The notes under the pieces were generated by a model, which searched no databases, was not told the origin of the DNA, and saw only the letters and a program-made list of their open reading frames with translations. Positions 19,035 to 27,704 of a DNA stretch of 61,111 bases are shown piece after piece; within the stretch, counting starts at the first letter, position 1; each line of letters opens with the position of its first letter. This stretch comes from an uncultured Isosphaeraceae bacterium (GTDB lineage: Bacteria > Planctomycetota > Phycisphaerae > Phycisphaerales > SM1A02). The stretch lies in the NCBI GenBank assembly GCA_964483425.1, contig CAZABE010000064.1:1-61111 (forward strand), written 5' to 3'. The position numbers and the translations under genes are program-made.

Positions 19035-19955
19035 ATGCGACCAATAATCCTCATTCTAGGACCAACTGCTGGTGGTAAAACCTCGCTCGCAATTGCCCTT
19101 GCCAACTCCCTAGAGGGAGGTGGAGAGTGTATCTGTGCTGACTCAATGCAGATTTATAGGGGGATGGATATTGGAACTGCAAAACCAACCACGGAGGAAA
19201 GGGAGCAAGCAGTACACCATCTTGTTGATATTGCAGAGCCAAGTGAAGACGGATTTACGGTCGAGTCGTGGCTGACGCTTGCTGAACGAACCGTCGAAGA
19301 TATACGAAATCGTGGCAAGTGGCCAATTGTAGTTGGGGGAACAAATTTATACGTACAATCACTCTTGTTTGGTATGTTTGATGGACCCAAGTGCAATCAG
19401 GAAAAACGCGATGAACTTAATGCCGAGCCAAATACTGCTCTAATTGAACGACTTAAAGGTCTTGACCCTGAAGCCGCTGAGCGGATTCATGTTAATGACA
19501 AACGACGACTCGTTCGCGCGATAGAAGTTTGCGAAGAGACCGGACATCCACTTTCATCATTGCAATCACAGTGGGGAAAGCCAATGCCAAGGGAGGATGC
19601 CATCATTATTGGTATGTCTTGGCCAGTAAAAACAATTAATCGACGCATCAATTCTCGGCTTAAAGAGATGTTTAATGCCGGTTTTCTCGATGAAGTCACA
19701 AAACTTTCTGGGGTGCTTGGCAAACAAGCGTCCGAAGCTCTTGGCTACAAACAACTTCTTGAACATCTCAATGGAACTTGTACACTCGATGAAGCACAAG
19801 AGAAAATCAAGATTTTGACTCGTCGATATGCCAAACAACAACGGACTTGGCTTCGAAGGTTCCAAGTATTGCCATGTGCACATTTTATTGAGATGGGTAA
19901 CATTAGCACACAACTCGCTGCCACAAAGGCACTTGCGTACATTCTTGGGGAATAA
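19035..19955 (+). CDS. miaA: tRNA dimethylallyltransferase
   Basis: P-loop GPTAGGKTSLA, then MQIYRGMDIGTAKP and GGTNLY. Confidence 0.9.
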   Translation: MRPIILILGPTAGGKTSLAIALANSLEGGGECICADSMQIYRGMDIGTAKPTTEEREQAVHHLVDIAEPSEDGFTVESWLTLAERTVEDIRNRGKWPIVVGGTNLYVQSLLFGMFDGPKCNQEKRDELNAEPNTALIERLKGLDPEAAERIHVNDKRRLVRAIEVCEETGHPLSSLQSQWGKPMPREDAIIIGMSWPVKTINRRINSRLKEMFNAGFLDEVTKLSGVLGKQASEALGYKQLLEHLNGTCTLDEAQEKIKILTRRYAKQQRTWLRRFQVLPCAHFIEMGNISTQLAATKALAYILGE

Positions 19956-20078
19956 AATTTCGGAGGAGACACTTGACAATCTCTGAAAAGTCGTTCCAAT
20001 GCGACGCCATGGGCAAGAGGTCCACTCATCATGACCGATGGGAAATAGCAAAGATCTTATCACCTAGAGACATCAACA

Positions 20079-22700
20079 TTGGCTAAAAAGAAAACAACAA
20101 AAAAGAAAACGTCGAAGAAAAAAACGACAAAAAAGCGAAATGCTGTACCAGATGCAACTGGCAAGCATCTTGTAATTGTTGAATCCCCAGCAAAAGCAAG
20201 GACTATAAATAAGTACTTGGGGGATGACTTTGCGGTCACCTCATCAGTAGGACATATTCGAGATCTTCCAGCAAGAGCACCAAAGGGCGAAAAGCAACCT
20301 GTACCCGGAGTTGACCTTGAACACGATTTCAAACCGACTTATGAAATCTTGAAGGGGAAAAATGCTCTTGCAAGTGATTTAAAAAAAGCTGCAAAGGTTG
20401 CAAAAGACGTATGGTTCGCAAGCGACCTTGATCGTGAAGGAGAAGCCATTGCATGGCACCTTGCTGAACTTCTAAATGTGGATCCCTCCAAAGCGAAGCG
20501 AGTTATTTTTAATGCTATAACTAAGAAGCAAATCGAAGCTGCGTTTGAACATCCACACCCAATTAACATGGATTTCGTTGATGCACAACAAGCAAGAAGG
20601 ATTTTGGATCGGATCGTTGGTTACAAAGTTTCACCGCTACTCTGGAAGAGGGTTGCAGGCGGTCTTAGTGCAGGTAGAGTGCAGTCGGTAGCAGTTCGAA
20701 TAATTGTAGAACGTGAAAAAGAGATTGAAGCACATATTCCTAAAGAATCATGGAGCGTTGTTGGGAGGTTTAACCTAGAGAAGAGTACTACATCAACTCT
20801 TGCATCAACATGGAACACATTTATCAACACAAAGGACGAACGTGGTAGGACTCCGACTCGAAAACAAATAAATGCGTTTCTCACAGAGCACAATGGTCTT
20901 GAAGGAACGCTTGTAGAAGTTGGCGGCAAACCATTAAAAGTTGAACGCGAAGCAGATTGCGACGACAACATTACCTCACATACAAAACAATTAATCGATA
21001 TAGGAAACGCTGTTGGTCTCGACAATCCAGCTATCACTGTCGAAGAAAATGATGAAGGAAAAGGTCCAGCAAAACAAACCATAGCACTTCATGGCGAAAT
21101 CGCTGATGGAGTTTCATACTGCGTTAAAGATATTAAGCAAAAAGATAGTTCTGTCAGACCATCAGCCCCATTTATTACTTCTTCTTTACAGGCCTCTGCT
21201 TCAACGTCTCTTGGCTTCGGCGCAAAAAGAACCATGCGAGCAGCACAGGGTCTATATGAAGCTGGTTCAATTACTTATATGCGGACGGACTCCACACACT
21301 TATCCATTGATGCATTGAACGCAGTTCGTACATATATAAGCAATAAGTTTGGTGATGATTATTTACCTCAAAAACCAAATTTCTATTCCTCTACAAATAA
21401 GGATGCTCAAGAAGCACACGAAGCAATAAGACCGACTGACGCTAGCTTGCATCCTGAAAAACTACCTGCAAAATTAGATGAAGATCAGCGCCGTCTCTAC
21501 GGTTTAATCTGGTCGAGATTTGTCGCTTGCCAAATGACACCTGCTCGATGGCATCGAACAGAAATATTCTTTGAACGAGAAGATGAAAAAACTGGAGCCA
21601 TCTTCAAAGTCGGCGGACGAACTCTTGCATTTGATGGTTTCTATAAAGCAAGTGGTGTCCCATCCTCAGAAACAGAACAAAACCTACCTGAACTTCAAGA
21701 AGGTACTGTACTCTTTCCTTTTGATATTACTCCAAAGCAAAACTTTTCCTCACCTCCGCCAAGATATAGTGAGGCATCGCTGATAAAAAAATTGGAGTCA
21801 GAAGGTATAGGACGCCCTTCCACTTACGCTTCCATAATTGATGTTATTCAATACAGGAAATATGTGGAAAAAATTGAACGGTCCTTCCATCCTACTGATC
21901 TTGGTGAAGTTGTTACTGAAAAGTTAATCGAGGCATTCCCAATTCTGATGGGTGTTGAATACACCAGATCCCTAGAGGACCGACTCGATATAGTTGCACA
22001 AGGCGATATAAACTGGATCGACATGCTACACGACTTTTACGGTCGATTTAGCAAACGGTTAGAGACCGCATACGAAGAAATGCCACATGCAAAGGCAGAG
22101 ACAAAACCAGCCATCTACAAGTGCCCCTCATGCGGAAGTCGAACAGAATATAGGTTCGGAAAAAACGGTCGCTTCCTATCTTGTACTAGTTATCCTGATT
22201 GCAAGTATGCAGCCCCAATTGATAGACAAGGTCGCCCACTACTTCCCGAACGCGTTGATGTTGCTTGCCCAGAGGATGGTTCAGCAATGGAAAAACGAAC
22301 AGGTCGTTTCGGCCCATTCCTTGCATCCGTCAATTATCCTGAAATCAAAGCAGTAGTAAACCTCGATAAAAAAGGTGGTATCAAATATCCCACACCACCT
22401 GCTCTTCTAATTGAATCATTACATTGCGAGAAGTGTGAAAACCCGATGAACTTGCGTGAAGGTAAACGTGGACCATGGCTTGGATGCTCTACATTTCCAA
22501 AGTGTAAGGGGCGAATGGGATGGAAAACACTTGATGATGATATCAAGAAAGAACTTGAAACCGCCCTACGCGCGCATATAGAAGCAAACCCACAATTCAT
22601 CGTAACCACGTTGAGCGGTGTAGTTATCCCAGAAGGCACTCCAATCGAAGATTTAATAGTAGAGGGAAACGTTGCCGAACTCGAAACCTTCGATGATTAA
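20079..22700 (+). CDS. topA: DNA topoisomerase I with a Lys-rich N-terminal tail and C-terminal zinc ribbons
   Basis: TOPRIM LVIVESPAKA; active-site region GSITYMRTDS; C-terminal CPSCGS...C..C and CEKCE...C..C. The only start upstream of the TOPRIM domain in this frame is TTG 20079, after a TAG at 20046-20048. Confidence 0.9.
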   Translation: MAKKKTTKKKTSKKKTTKKRNAVPDATGKHLVIVESPAKARTINKYLGDDFAVTSSVGHIRDLPARAPKGEKQPVPGVDLEHDFKPTYEILKGKNALASDLKKAAKVAKDVWFASDLDREGEAIAWHLAELLNVDPSKAKRVIFNAITKKQIEAAFEHPHPINMDFVDAQQARRILDRIVGYKVSPLLWKRVAGGLSAGRVQSVAVRIIVEREKEIEAHIPKESWSVVGRFNLEKSTTSTLASTWNTFINTKDERGRTPTRKQINAFLTEHNGLEGTLVEVGGKPLKVEREADCDDNITSHTKQLIDIGNAVGLDNPAITVEENDEGKGPAKQTIALHGEIADGVSYCVKDIKQKDSSVRPSAPFITSSLQASASTSLGFGAKRTMRAAQGLYEAGSITYMRTDSTHLSIDALNAVRTYISNKFGDDYLPQKPNFYSSTNKDAQEAHEAIRPTDASLHPEKLPAKLDEDQRRLYGLIWSRFVACQMTPARWHRTEIFFEREDEKTGAIFKVGGRTLAFDGFYKASGVPSSETEQNLPELQEGTVLFPFDITPKQNFSSPPPRYSEASLIKKLESEGIGRPSTYASIIDVIQYRKYVEKIERSFHPTDLGEVVTEKLIEAFPILMGVEYTRSLEDRLDIVAQGDINWIDMLHDFYGRFSKRLETAYEEMPHAKAETKPAIYKCPSCGSRTEYRFGKNGRFLSCTSYPDCKYAAPIDRQGRPLLPERVDVACPEDGSAMEKRTGRFGPFLASVNYPEIKAVVNLDKKGGIKYPTPPALLIESLHCEKCENPMNLREGKRGPWLGCSTFPKCKGRMGWKTLDDDIKKELETALRAHIEANPQFIVTTLSGVVIPEGTPIEDLIVEGNVAELETFDD

Positions 22701-22770
22701 TTAACCCTGGGTTAATATTCGAGCTGAAATTGGTTTGTTAACTCGGGGTTAATTAATCTACAATAGAAGT

Positions 22771-23952
22771 ATGCAGCGCAAGGAAACGAAACAAATTCGT
22801 GTTGGGGATATTGCAATTGGTGGCGATGCGCCTATCTCTGTGCAATCGATGGTCTCGGGATATACACATGAAATTGATTCTTGTGTTGCAGAAATCAATC
22901 GACTCGTCAAAGCAGGAGTGGATATTGTCCGCGTAGCAGTTCCAGAAAAGAAAGACACTTCCGCACTTCCTGAAATTCTTTCACAAGTCAACGTTCCAAT
23001 AGTCGCAGATGTACACTTTCACTTTAATCGTGCTATTGAGGCAGTCGAAGCTGGTGTCCACAAAATCCGGCTTAATCCGGGCAACATTTCTAACATAGAA
23101 CAAGTACATTCAGTCATTGATGCTTGCAAAGATGCAAACATTCCAATTCGGGTAGGCGTCAACGAGGGCTCGGTTGTTGAACGTAAAGACAAACAAAAAC
23201 GCCAAAAGGAACTAGTTTCGTTTTTCGCTGATAGAGATCATGGACATTTGCTTGCAATGATGATTGCAAAAGTCGAAGAGTATCTTGACATTTTTGAAAA
23301 CAGAGATTTTCAAGATATCTGCTTAAGCGCAAAATTGATGGACGCTAAACTCGTAATAGAAATCTACAAAGAATTGTCTGCGCGGTTTGATTACCCTTTA
23401 CACCTTGGAGTTACACATGCTGGCCCCCGTGAAACTGGTTCTATTAAATCAATTACTGCTCTGGGCTCCCTACTTTCACAAGGAGTAGGTGACACTATTC
23501 GAATTAGTTATGCGAGCGACCCGTTGTATGAAGTTATCGATGGAATCGAACTCCTGAACTGTTTAGGATTACGAAAACGGATAGGTGCAGAACTTATTGC
23601 CTGCCCAAGTTGTGGTCGCATTCAGGTTGACTTATTCAAACTAGTCGATGACGTTCGCGCTCAACTTGAACACGAAATAACTGTGCCAATGAAGGTTGCT
23701 GTTATGGGATGCGTTGTCAATGGTCCGGGAGAAGCAGAGGGCGCCGACGTCGCTGTTTTTGCTGGCGACCGAAGGGGTATTATTTACCTACAAGGAGAAC
23801 GTGTAGCAAACGTTTCTGAAGATGAGATTCTAGATCGGCTCTTACTTGAATGTAAAACATTACAAAAAAATGTGCTCCAAGGGAAAACTAAACTCGGCGA
23901 AAAAACTGTCTCTATTGTTGCACCTGTAACAGTCGATGGTGAACGAGTATGA
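22771..23952 (+). CDS. ispG: 4-hydroxy-3-methylbut-2-en-1-yl diphosphate synthase
   Basis: Motifs VQSM, VRVAVP and RLNPGN, plus the C-terminal Fe-S motifs CPSCGR and GCVVNGPGE. Confidence 0.9.
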   Translation: MQRKETKQIRVGDIAIGGDAPISVQSMVSGYTHEIDSCVAEINRLVKAGVDIVRVAVPEKKDTSALPEILSQVNVPIVADVHFHFNRAIEAVEAGVHKIRLNPGNISNIEQVHSVIDACKDANIPIRVGVNEGSVVERKDKQKRQKELVSFFADRDHGHLLAMMIAKVEEYLDIFENRDFQDICLSAKLMDAKLVIEIYKELSARFDYPLHLGVTHAGPRETGSIKSITALGSLLSQGVGDTIRISYASDPLYEVIDGIELLNCLGLRKRIGAELIACPSCGRIQVDLFKLVDDVRAQLEHEITVPMKVAVMGCVVNGPGEAEGADVAVFAGDRRGIIYLQGERVANVSEDEILDRLLLECKTLQKNVLQGKTKLGEKTVSIVAPVTVDGERV

Positions 23953-24872
23953 GGAACACCAGAAACAAAGGTTTTACAATTATTGAATTGCTTGTTGTAG
24001 TTGCAATCATAGCCATTCTCATCGGTGTGTTGTATCCAGCACTAACATCTGCAAGAGCAAGGGGCAAAAAAACCAACGAATTAAATCTCATCCGTGAGAC
24101 GGGAAAAGCGTGGATTATGCACAATGGGATGCATCAAGACAAATTACTTGATGGTTACTTAAGCATCGATGTTCAAAAATATAGAGATCTTGCTTGGGTT
24201 TTTGAAGGTGATCAACTTGTGATGCCTGCTCCTGAATATAGTCCCTCTAACCCAAACGACGCGGGACCATGGACTTGGAGATTACTTTCGTACATGGATT
24301 ACGATTGGAGATCATTACTCTTTTACGATGACCTTGAATGGGACATTAATTACGATGATGTTCTTTCTCACGCAGGACAGATTGCAACTCAACCAGCATT
24401 CGGTTACAACGGCTTCTACCTAGGTGGTTGGTGGGAATTAGATAATCACTCTGAAAAACCAGAAGTCATATTTGGCGATGTAGCCCTCACCGACGGAAGA
24501 AAAACGAGCGTAGTCGCAACATCATATTCACAACTTAAAAAAACAAACAAGCAAATTGTTTTTTGCAGCACTTTCCTCGCAACAGAAGGTATTCATGAAG
24601 AAAAACAAGATGATGTTGCTGGAACTTTTATGTCCATTCCAAGCATTCTTGCACGTGTTAATAAGTGGGAACCAGCACCTATGAATAGAATTGAAGCAAA
24701 CTCAAATACATACGTTCCACTTGGACGATTCAATGGGATGCCTTCAATTTGTTTTGCGGATGGGAGTACAAATAACATCCATCTTGAAAAACTCCTTGAC
24801 CAGTCAATGTGGATTCCAAAAGCTCAAAAGTTAGGTGATATTCCAGCAAGCGAGTTCAGCCACACACAATAA
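23949..24872 (+). CDS. pseudopilin-like protein with a prepilin-type N-terminal methylation motif and a degenerate H-X9-DG C-terminal motif
   Basis: N-terminus KGFTIIELLVVVAIIAIL. C-terminal FNGMPSICFADGS aligns to the HxxxxxxxxxDG pattern with F replacing H. ATGA overlap with the ispG stop. Confidence 0.7.
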   Translation: MRNTRNKGFTIIELLVVVAIIAILIGVLYPALTSARARGKKTNELNLIRETGKAWIMHNGMHQDKLLDGYLSIDVQKYRDLAWVFEGDQLVMPAPEYSPSNPNDAGPWTWRLLSYMDYDWRSLLFYDDLEWDINYDDVLSHAGQIATQPAFGYNGFYLGGWWELDNHSEKPEVIFGDVALTDGRKTSVVATSYSQLKKTNKQIVFCSTFLATEGIHEEKQDDVAGTFMSIPSILARVNKWEPAPMNRIEANSNTYVPLGRFNGMPSICFADGSTNNIHLEKLLDQSMWIPKAQKLGDIPASEFSHTQ

Positions 24873-24876
24873 ATTG

Positions 24877-26142
24877 TTATTTTGTTTCTTCTTTTTTCTT
24901 ATTAGCATTATGAAGTTGCAATCGAAGCATCGCTCGCATTTGACGCATATATTTTTCGTCAAGCAGTGACTCCTTCGGGTTTACGCTCATCGCAGTAATC
25001 CATCTTTCTTCCGTTGGCGCGTAACCAAATAGCGTAGCAAGTCGAGGTGATAAGTCAGACATGTGCCCAGCCCCATACAAAACACCAATTGATGAAACAT
25101 TTTCAACGACATCTAATGTTGCAGCAATATCTTTTAGTACTTCTGTATTACGATCAATAATAATTACTTGAGCTAACTCTGGTTGAACACCTTCAAGCAT
25201 CTTGTCGCTCTCAGGCATCGACAACATCTCAATCATTAGTAACTTCGCTGTTTGTCTTGCTCCACCATTTGTAAATGAGTCAAGCATAGGAATTAGTTTC
25301 ATAAAACCCGATGCAATTTTTGCAGTAAATGATTCCCCTGTAAGTGTTCCCAAAATCGTAATATCTGCTCCAAGAGCATTCAATTTCGCTTCCACCTCAT
25401 CAATAGTCAAATCACTACAAAACCAGTTGGGTTCTTCGTACGGCAATACATCTAACTGAAACTCTAAGCCAAGAACGTCGGCAAATTCAGCTTGTAATCC
25501 TACCTTTTCTTCCTCTTCAGACAATTCGCTCTCATCATCAAGAATTTCGACGGTACGTCTCGCAGTTAAATCACTCGCGCTATCTTCTCCACCAATTGCA
25601 CCATCGGAGCCAAAACTCCAAATAATAATTTCGTTTGTTGAAGGATTTACTTGTAATACAAACGGTCTTTGCCAAGGGTCCACAGAAGCATCTTCAACAA
25701 AATTAGATAACCGACTATCAATTAACGAGGCGTCTGCAATCACGTCTTCTAGTGTTTCGGGGATTAATTCTGTCTCTTCTGCGCATTTTTTTGCGACATC
25801 AGCAACGAATTCCAAGGATTTTTTGGTTGAAGCAACCCTCTCTTCATCCGTTGATCCACTTGGCGGTCTTGAGCCAGCGGGTCTAACCGATTCGTACAAG
25901 ACAATATCCATTTCATCAAGAAGAATTGTGACTTCCTCGTAAAAGGATTCTTCCGCTACGTGCGCAACCCCGATAAGCCAAAGGTCCGGTTTTCCTTCGA
26001 CTTCATACTTTCGAGAAACTAGTTCTATCGATACAACATTTTCACCCTGAGTTCGCCTTGTCCACTCCAAAGATGGTCCAGAAACACTTGGTGGTTCTTG
26101 AATCAGGTTTACAAGCAGAACTGTTGCATAAAGTGAAATCAT
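24877..26142 (-). CDS. TraB/GumN-family protein with an embedded GspG-like (type II secretion pseudopilin globular) segment
   Basis: N-terminal LIGVAHV...VLYES and C-terminal IIDRNTE...LYGAGHM resemble TraB/GumN. Residues ~101-195 (nt 25558-25842) include DPWQRPFVLQVN...IIWSFGSDGAIGGEDSASDL, which resembles the GspG C-terminal domain. ATGA overlap with the upstream exbB-like gene. Confidence 0.5.
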   Translation of the reverse strand: MISLYATVLLVNLIQEPPSVSGPSLEWTRRTQGENVVSIELVSRKYEVEGKPDLWLIGVAHVAEESFYEEVTILLDEMDIVLYESVRPAGSRPPSGSTDEERVASTKKSLEFVADVAKKCAEETELIPETLEDVIADASLIDSRLSNFVEDASVDPWQRPFVLQVNPSTNEIIIWSFGSDGAIGGEDSASDLTARRTVEILDDESELSEEEEKVGLQAEFADVLGLEFQLDVLPYEEPNWFCSDLTIDEVEAKLNALGADITILGTLTGESFTAKIASGFMKLIPMLDSFTNGGARQTAKLLMIEMLSMPESDKMLEGVQPELAQVIIIDRNTEVLKDIAATLDVVENVSSIGVLYGAGHMSDLSPRLATLFGYAPTEERWITAMSVNPKESLLDEKYMRQMRAMLRLQLHNANKKKEETK

Positions 26143-26753
26143 ATATTTTCTCCCTGTTGTGCCGCTGCAATCATCGCTTCAATTCTGCCAAACGCCCTTG
26201 CAGACCACCCACGAAAGAGCATGTACGGGAATAACGTTACAAGAGCAATTATCAAACCAAACGCCGTTGTTAATAATGCTGCTGCAATTCCTCCGGCTAC
26301 ATCGGATGGGTCAGTCAATACAGACTCTGCTCCTAATAATTTAAACGAGTCAATTATTCCAATGACAGTTCCAAGAATACCAAGAAGTGGCGCCGCTGTA
26401 ACAATTGTCGAAAGTGCAACCATGTACCTGTCGATACGCGGTCGCTGCGCTTCAACCGCACCCATCGCTACGGCATCACTCGGACCATGTTCCGACATTG
26501 CCTTAGCAATAGCACCATAGGGCGAAGAATCACGTTTAATCATCTTCTGCACCGTCTCTGTGTCGCCACGAAGAAAAGCGCCATTCAAAATATCTAGTCG
26601 AGCAAACGACCCCCTACCTCCGACCAATATCCAAAACCAGCACCGTTCCAAAATAAGTGCAACACTTAGGATGCTGACTATAAGGAGAGGAACCATAACA
26701 TAGCCGCCCCTATCTAAGATTGCTGATAGATCTTGCATAACTTCTTCGTGCAT
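26139..26753 (-). CDS. MotA/TolQ/ExbB-family proton channel protein
   Basis: 204 aa, three TM segments. The conserved C-terminal half is AAPLLGILGTVIGIIDSF...GGIAAALLTTAFGLIIA. Confidence 0.8.
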   Translation of the reverse strand: MHEEVMQDLSAILDRGGYVMVPLLIVSILSVALILERCWFWILVGGRGSFARLDILNGAFLRGDTETVQKMIKRDSSPYGAIAKAMSEHGPSDAVAMGAVEAQRPRIDRYMVALSTIVTAAPLLGILGTVIGIIDSFKLLGAESVLTDPSDVAGGIAAALLTTAFGLIIALVTLFPYMLFRGWSARAFGRIEAMIAAAQQGENI

Positions 26754-26789
26754 GTCGTAGATTGTAGGTTTAGAACATACAATCCGTGC

Positions 26790-27683
26790 GTGACAAACCT
26801 ATCTTCTCCAAACCCACCTCTAGAATTGTTAGAAATCGCAACAATCATCGAATCCGAACTGGCTTCAAGGCTAAAGGTACTTCAATTACCTCCTCACCTA
26901 ACTGAATCTGCAAAATACGCTGTTATGAATGGTGGAAAGCGCGTTCGTCCAGCTCTAACGCTTCTTTGTTGTGAAGCCGTTGGAGGTACTCGTGAACAAG
27001 CCTTGTCCGCTGCTGTTGCAGTTGAGTTCATGCACTGCTTTAGTTTGGTGCACGATGATCTTCCTGCTATAGATAACGATGATATACGAAGAGGAAAACC
27101 AACATTACACATTAAATCAGGCGAGGCAATGGCACTACTTGCTGGTGACTTACTACTACCAGTTGCGTTTTCGCAGTTAATTACTGATGAATATCACTCG
27201 AGCCAACAAGCAGAACTCACAAAATTACTAGCAAAAGCGACAAGGAAAATGGTCATAGGGCAAGTTTATGACACACTTGGAGGTCTTCCAGAGCACCTAA
27301 ATGCAAAGCAGCAACTTGAGGAAATCCACTGCAATAAGACAGGTGCACTCATTCAATGTGCTTGTGAGATGGGTGCAATATGTGGAGATGCTTCTTTGAC
27401 AGAGAGGAACGCGATTGCTTCGTTCGGTAAGGCAAACGGACTCATGTTTCAAATTGTTGACGACCTCATTGATTTACAGGGTTGCCCTGTACATGTTGGC
27501 AAAGCAACTGGAAAAGATGAAGAGGCAGGTAAGACAACATATCCTGGGATTTTCGGAGTAGAGGCATCAAAACAAGCTGTGGAAGAACTCCAAAAACAAG
27601 CAGTATCCGCGCTATCTACCTTAGGAAACAACGCAGAAACCTTATTATCTTTCAATCTTTGGATGGCTCTTAGAACGCGTTGA
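26790..27683 (+). CDS. ispA: polyprenyl (farnesyl/geranylgeranyl) diphosphate synthase
   Basis: GGKRVRP, first DDxxD (VHDDLPAIDNDDIRRG), second DDxxD (QIVDDLID). The ORF-track TTG at 26733 overlaps the exbB-like 5' end; GTG 26790 gives canonical spacing to GGKR. Confidence 0.85.
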   Translation: MTNLSSPNPPLELLEIATIIESELASRLKVLQLPPHLTESAKYAVMNGGKRVRPALTLLCCEAVGGTREQALSAAVAVEFMHCFSLVHDDLPAIDNDDIRRGKPTLHIKSGEAMALLAGDLLLPVAFSQLITDEYHSSQQAELTKLLAKATRKMVIGQVYDTLGGLPEHLNAKQQLEEIHCNKTGALIQCACEMGAICGDASLTERNAIASFGKANGLMFQIVDDLIDLQGCPVHVGKATGKDEEAGKTTYPGIFGVEASKQAVEELQKQAVSALSTLGNNAETLLSFNLWMALRTR

Positions 27684-27704
27684 GCGTACAATGGAGTGTT
27701 CAAG

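Noticed and set aside
20060-20332. 90-aa minus-strand ORF rich in Phe (FFVVFFFDVFFFVVFF)
   Set aside because: It is the reverse-complement image of the AAA/AAG Lys-rich tail of topA, not an independent gene.
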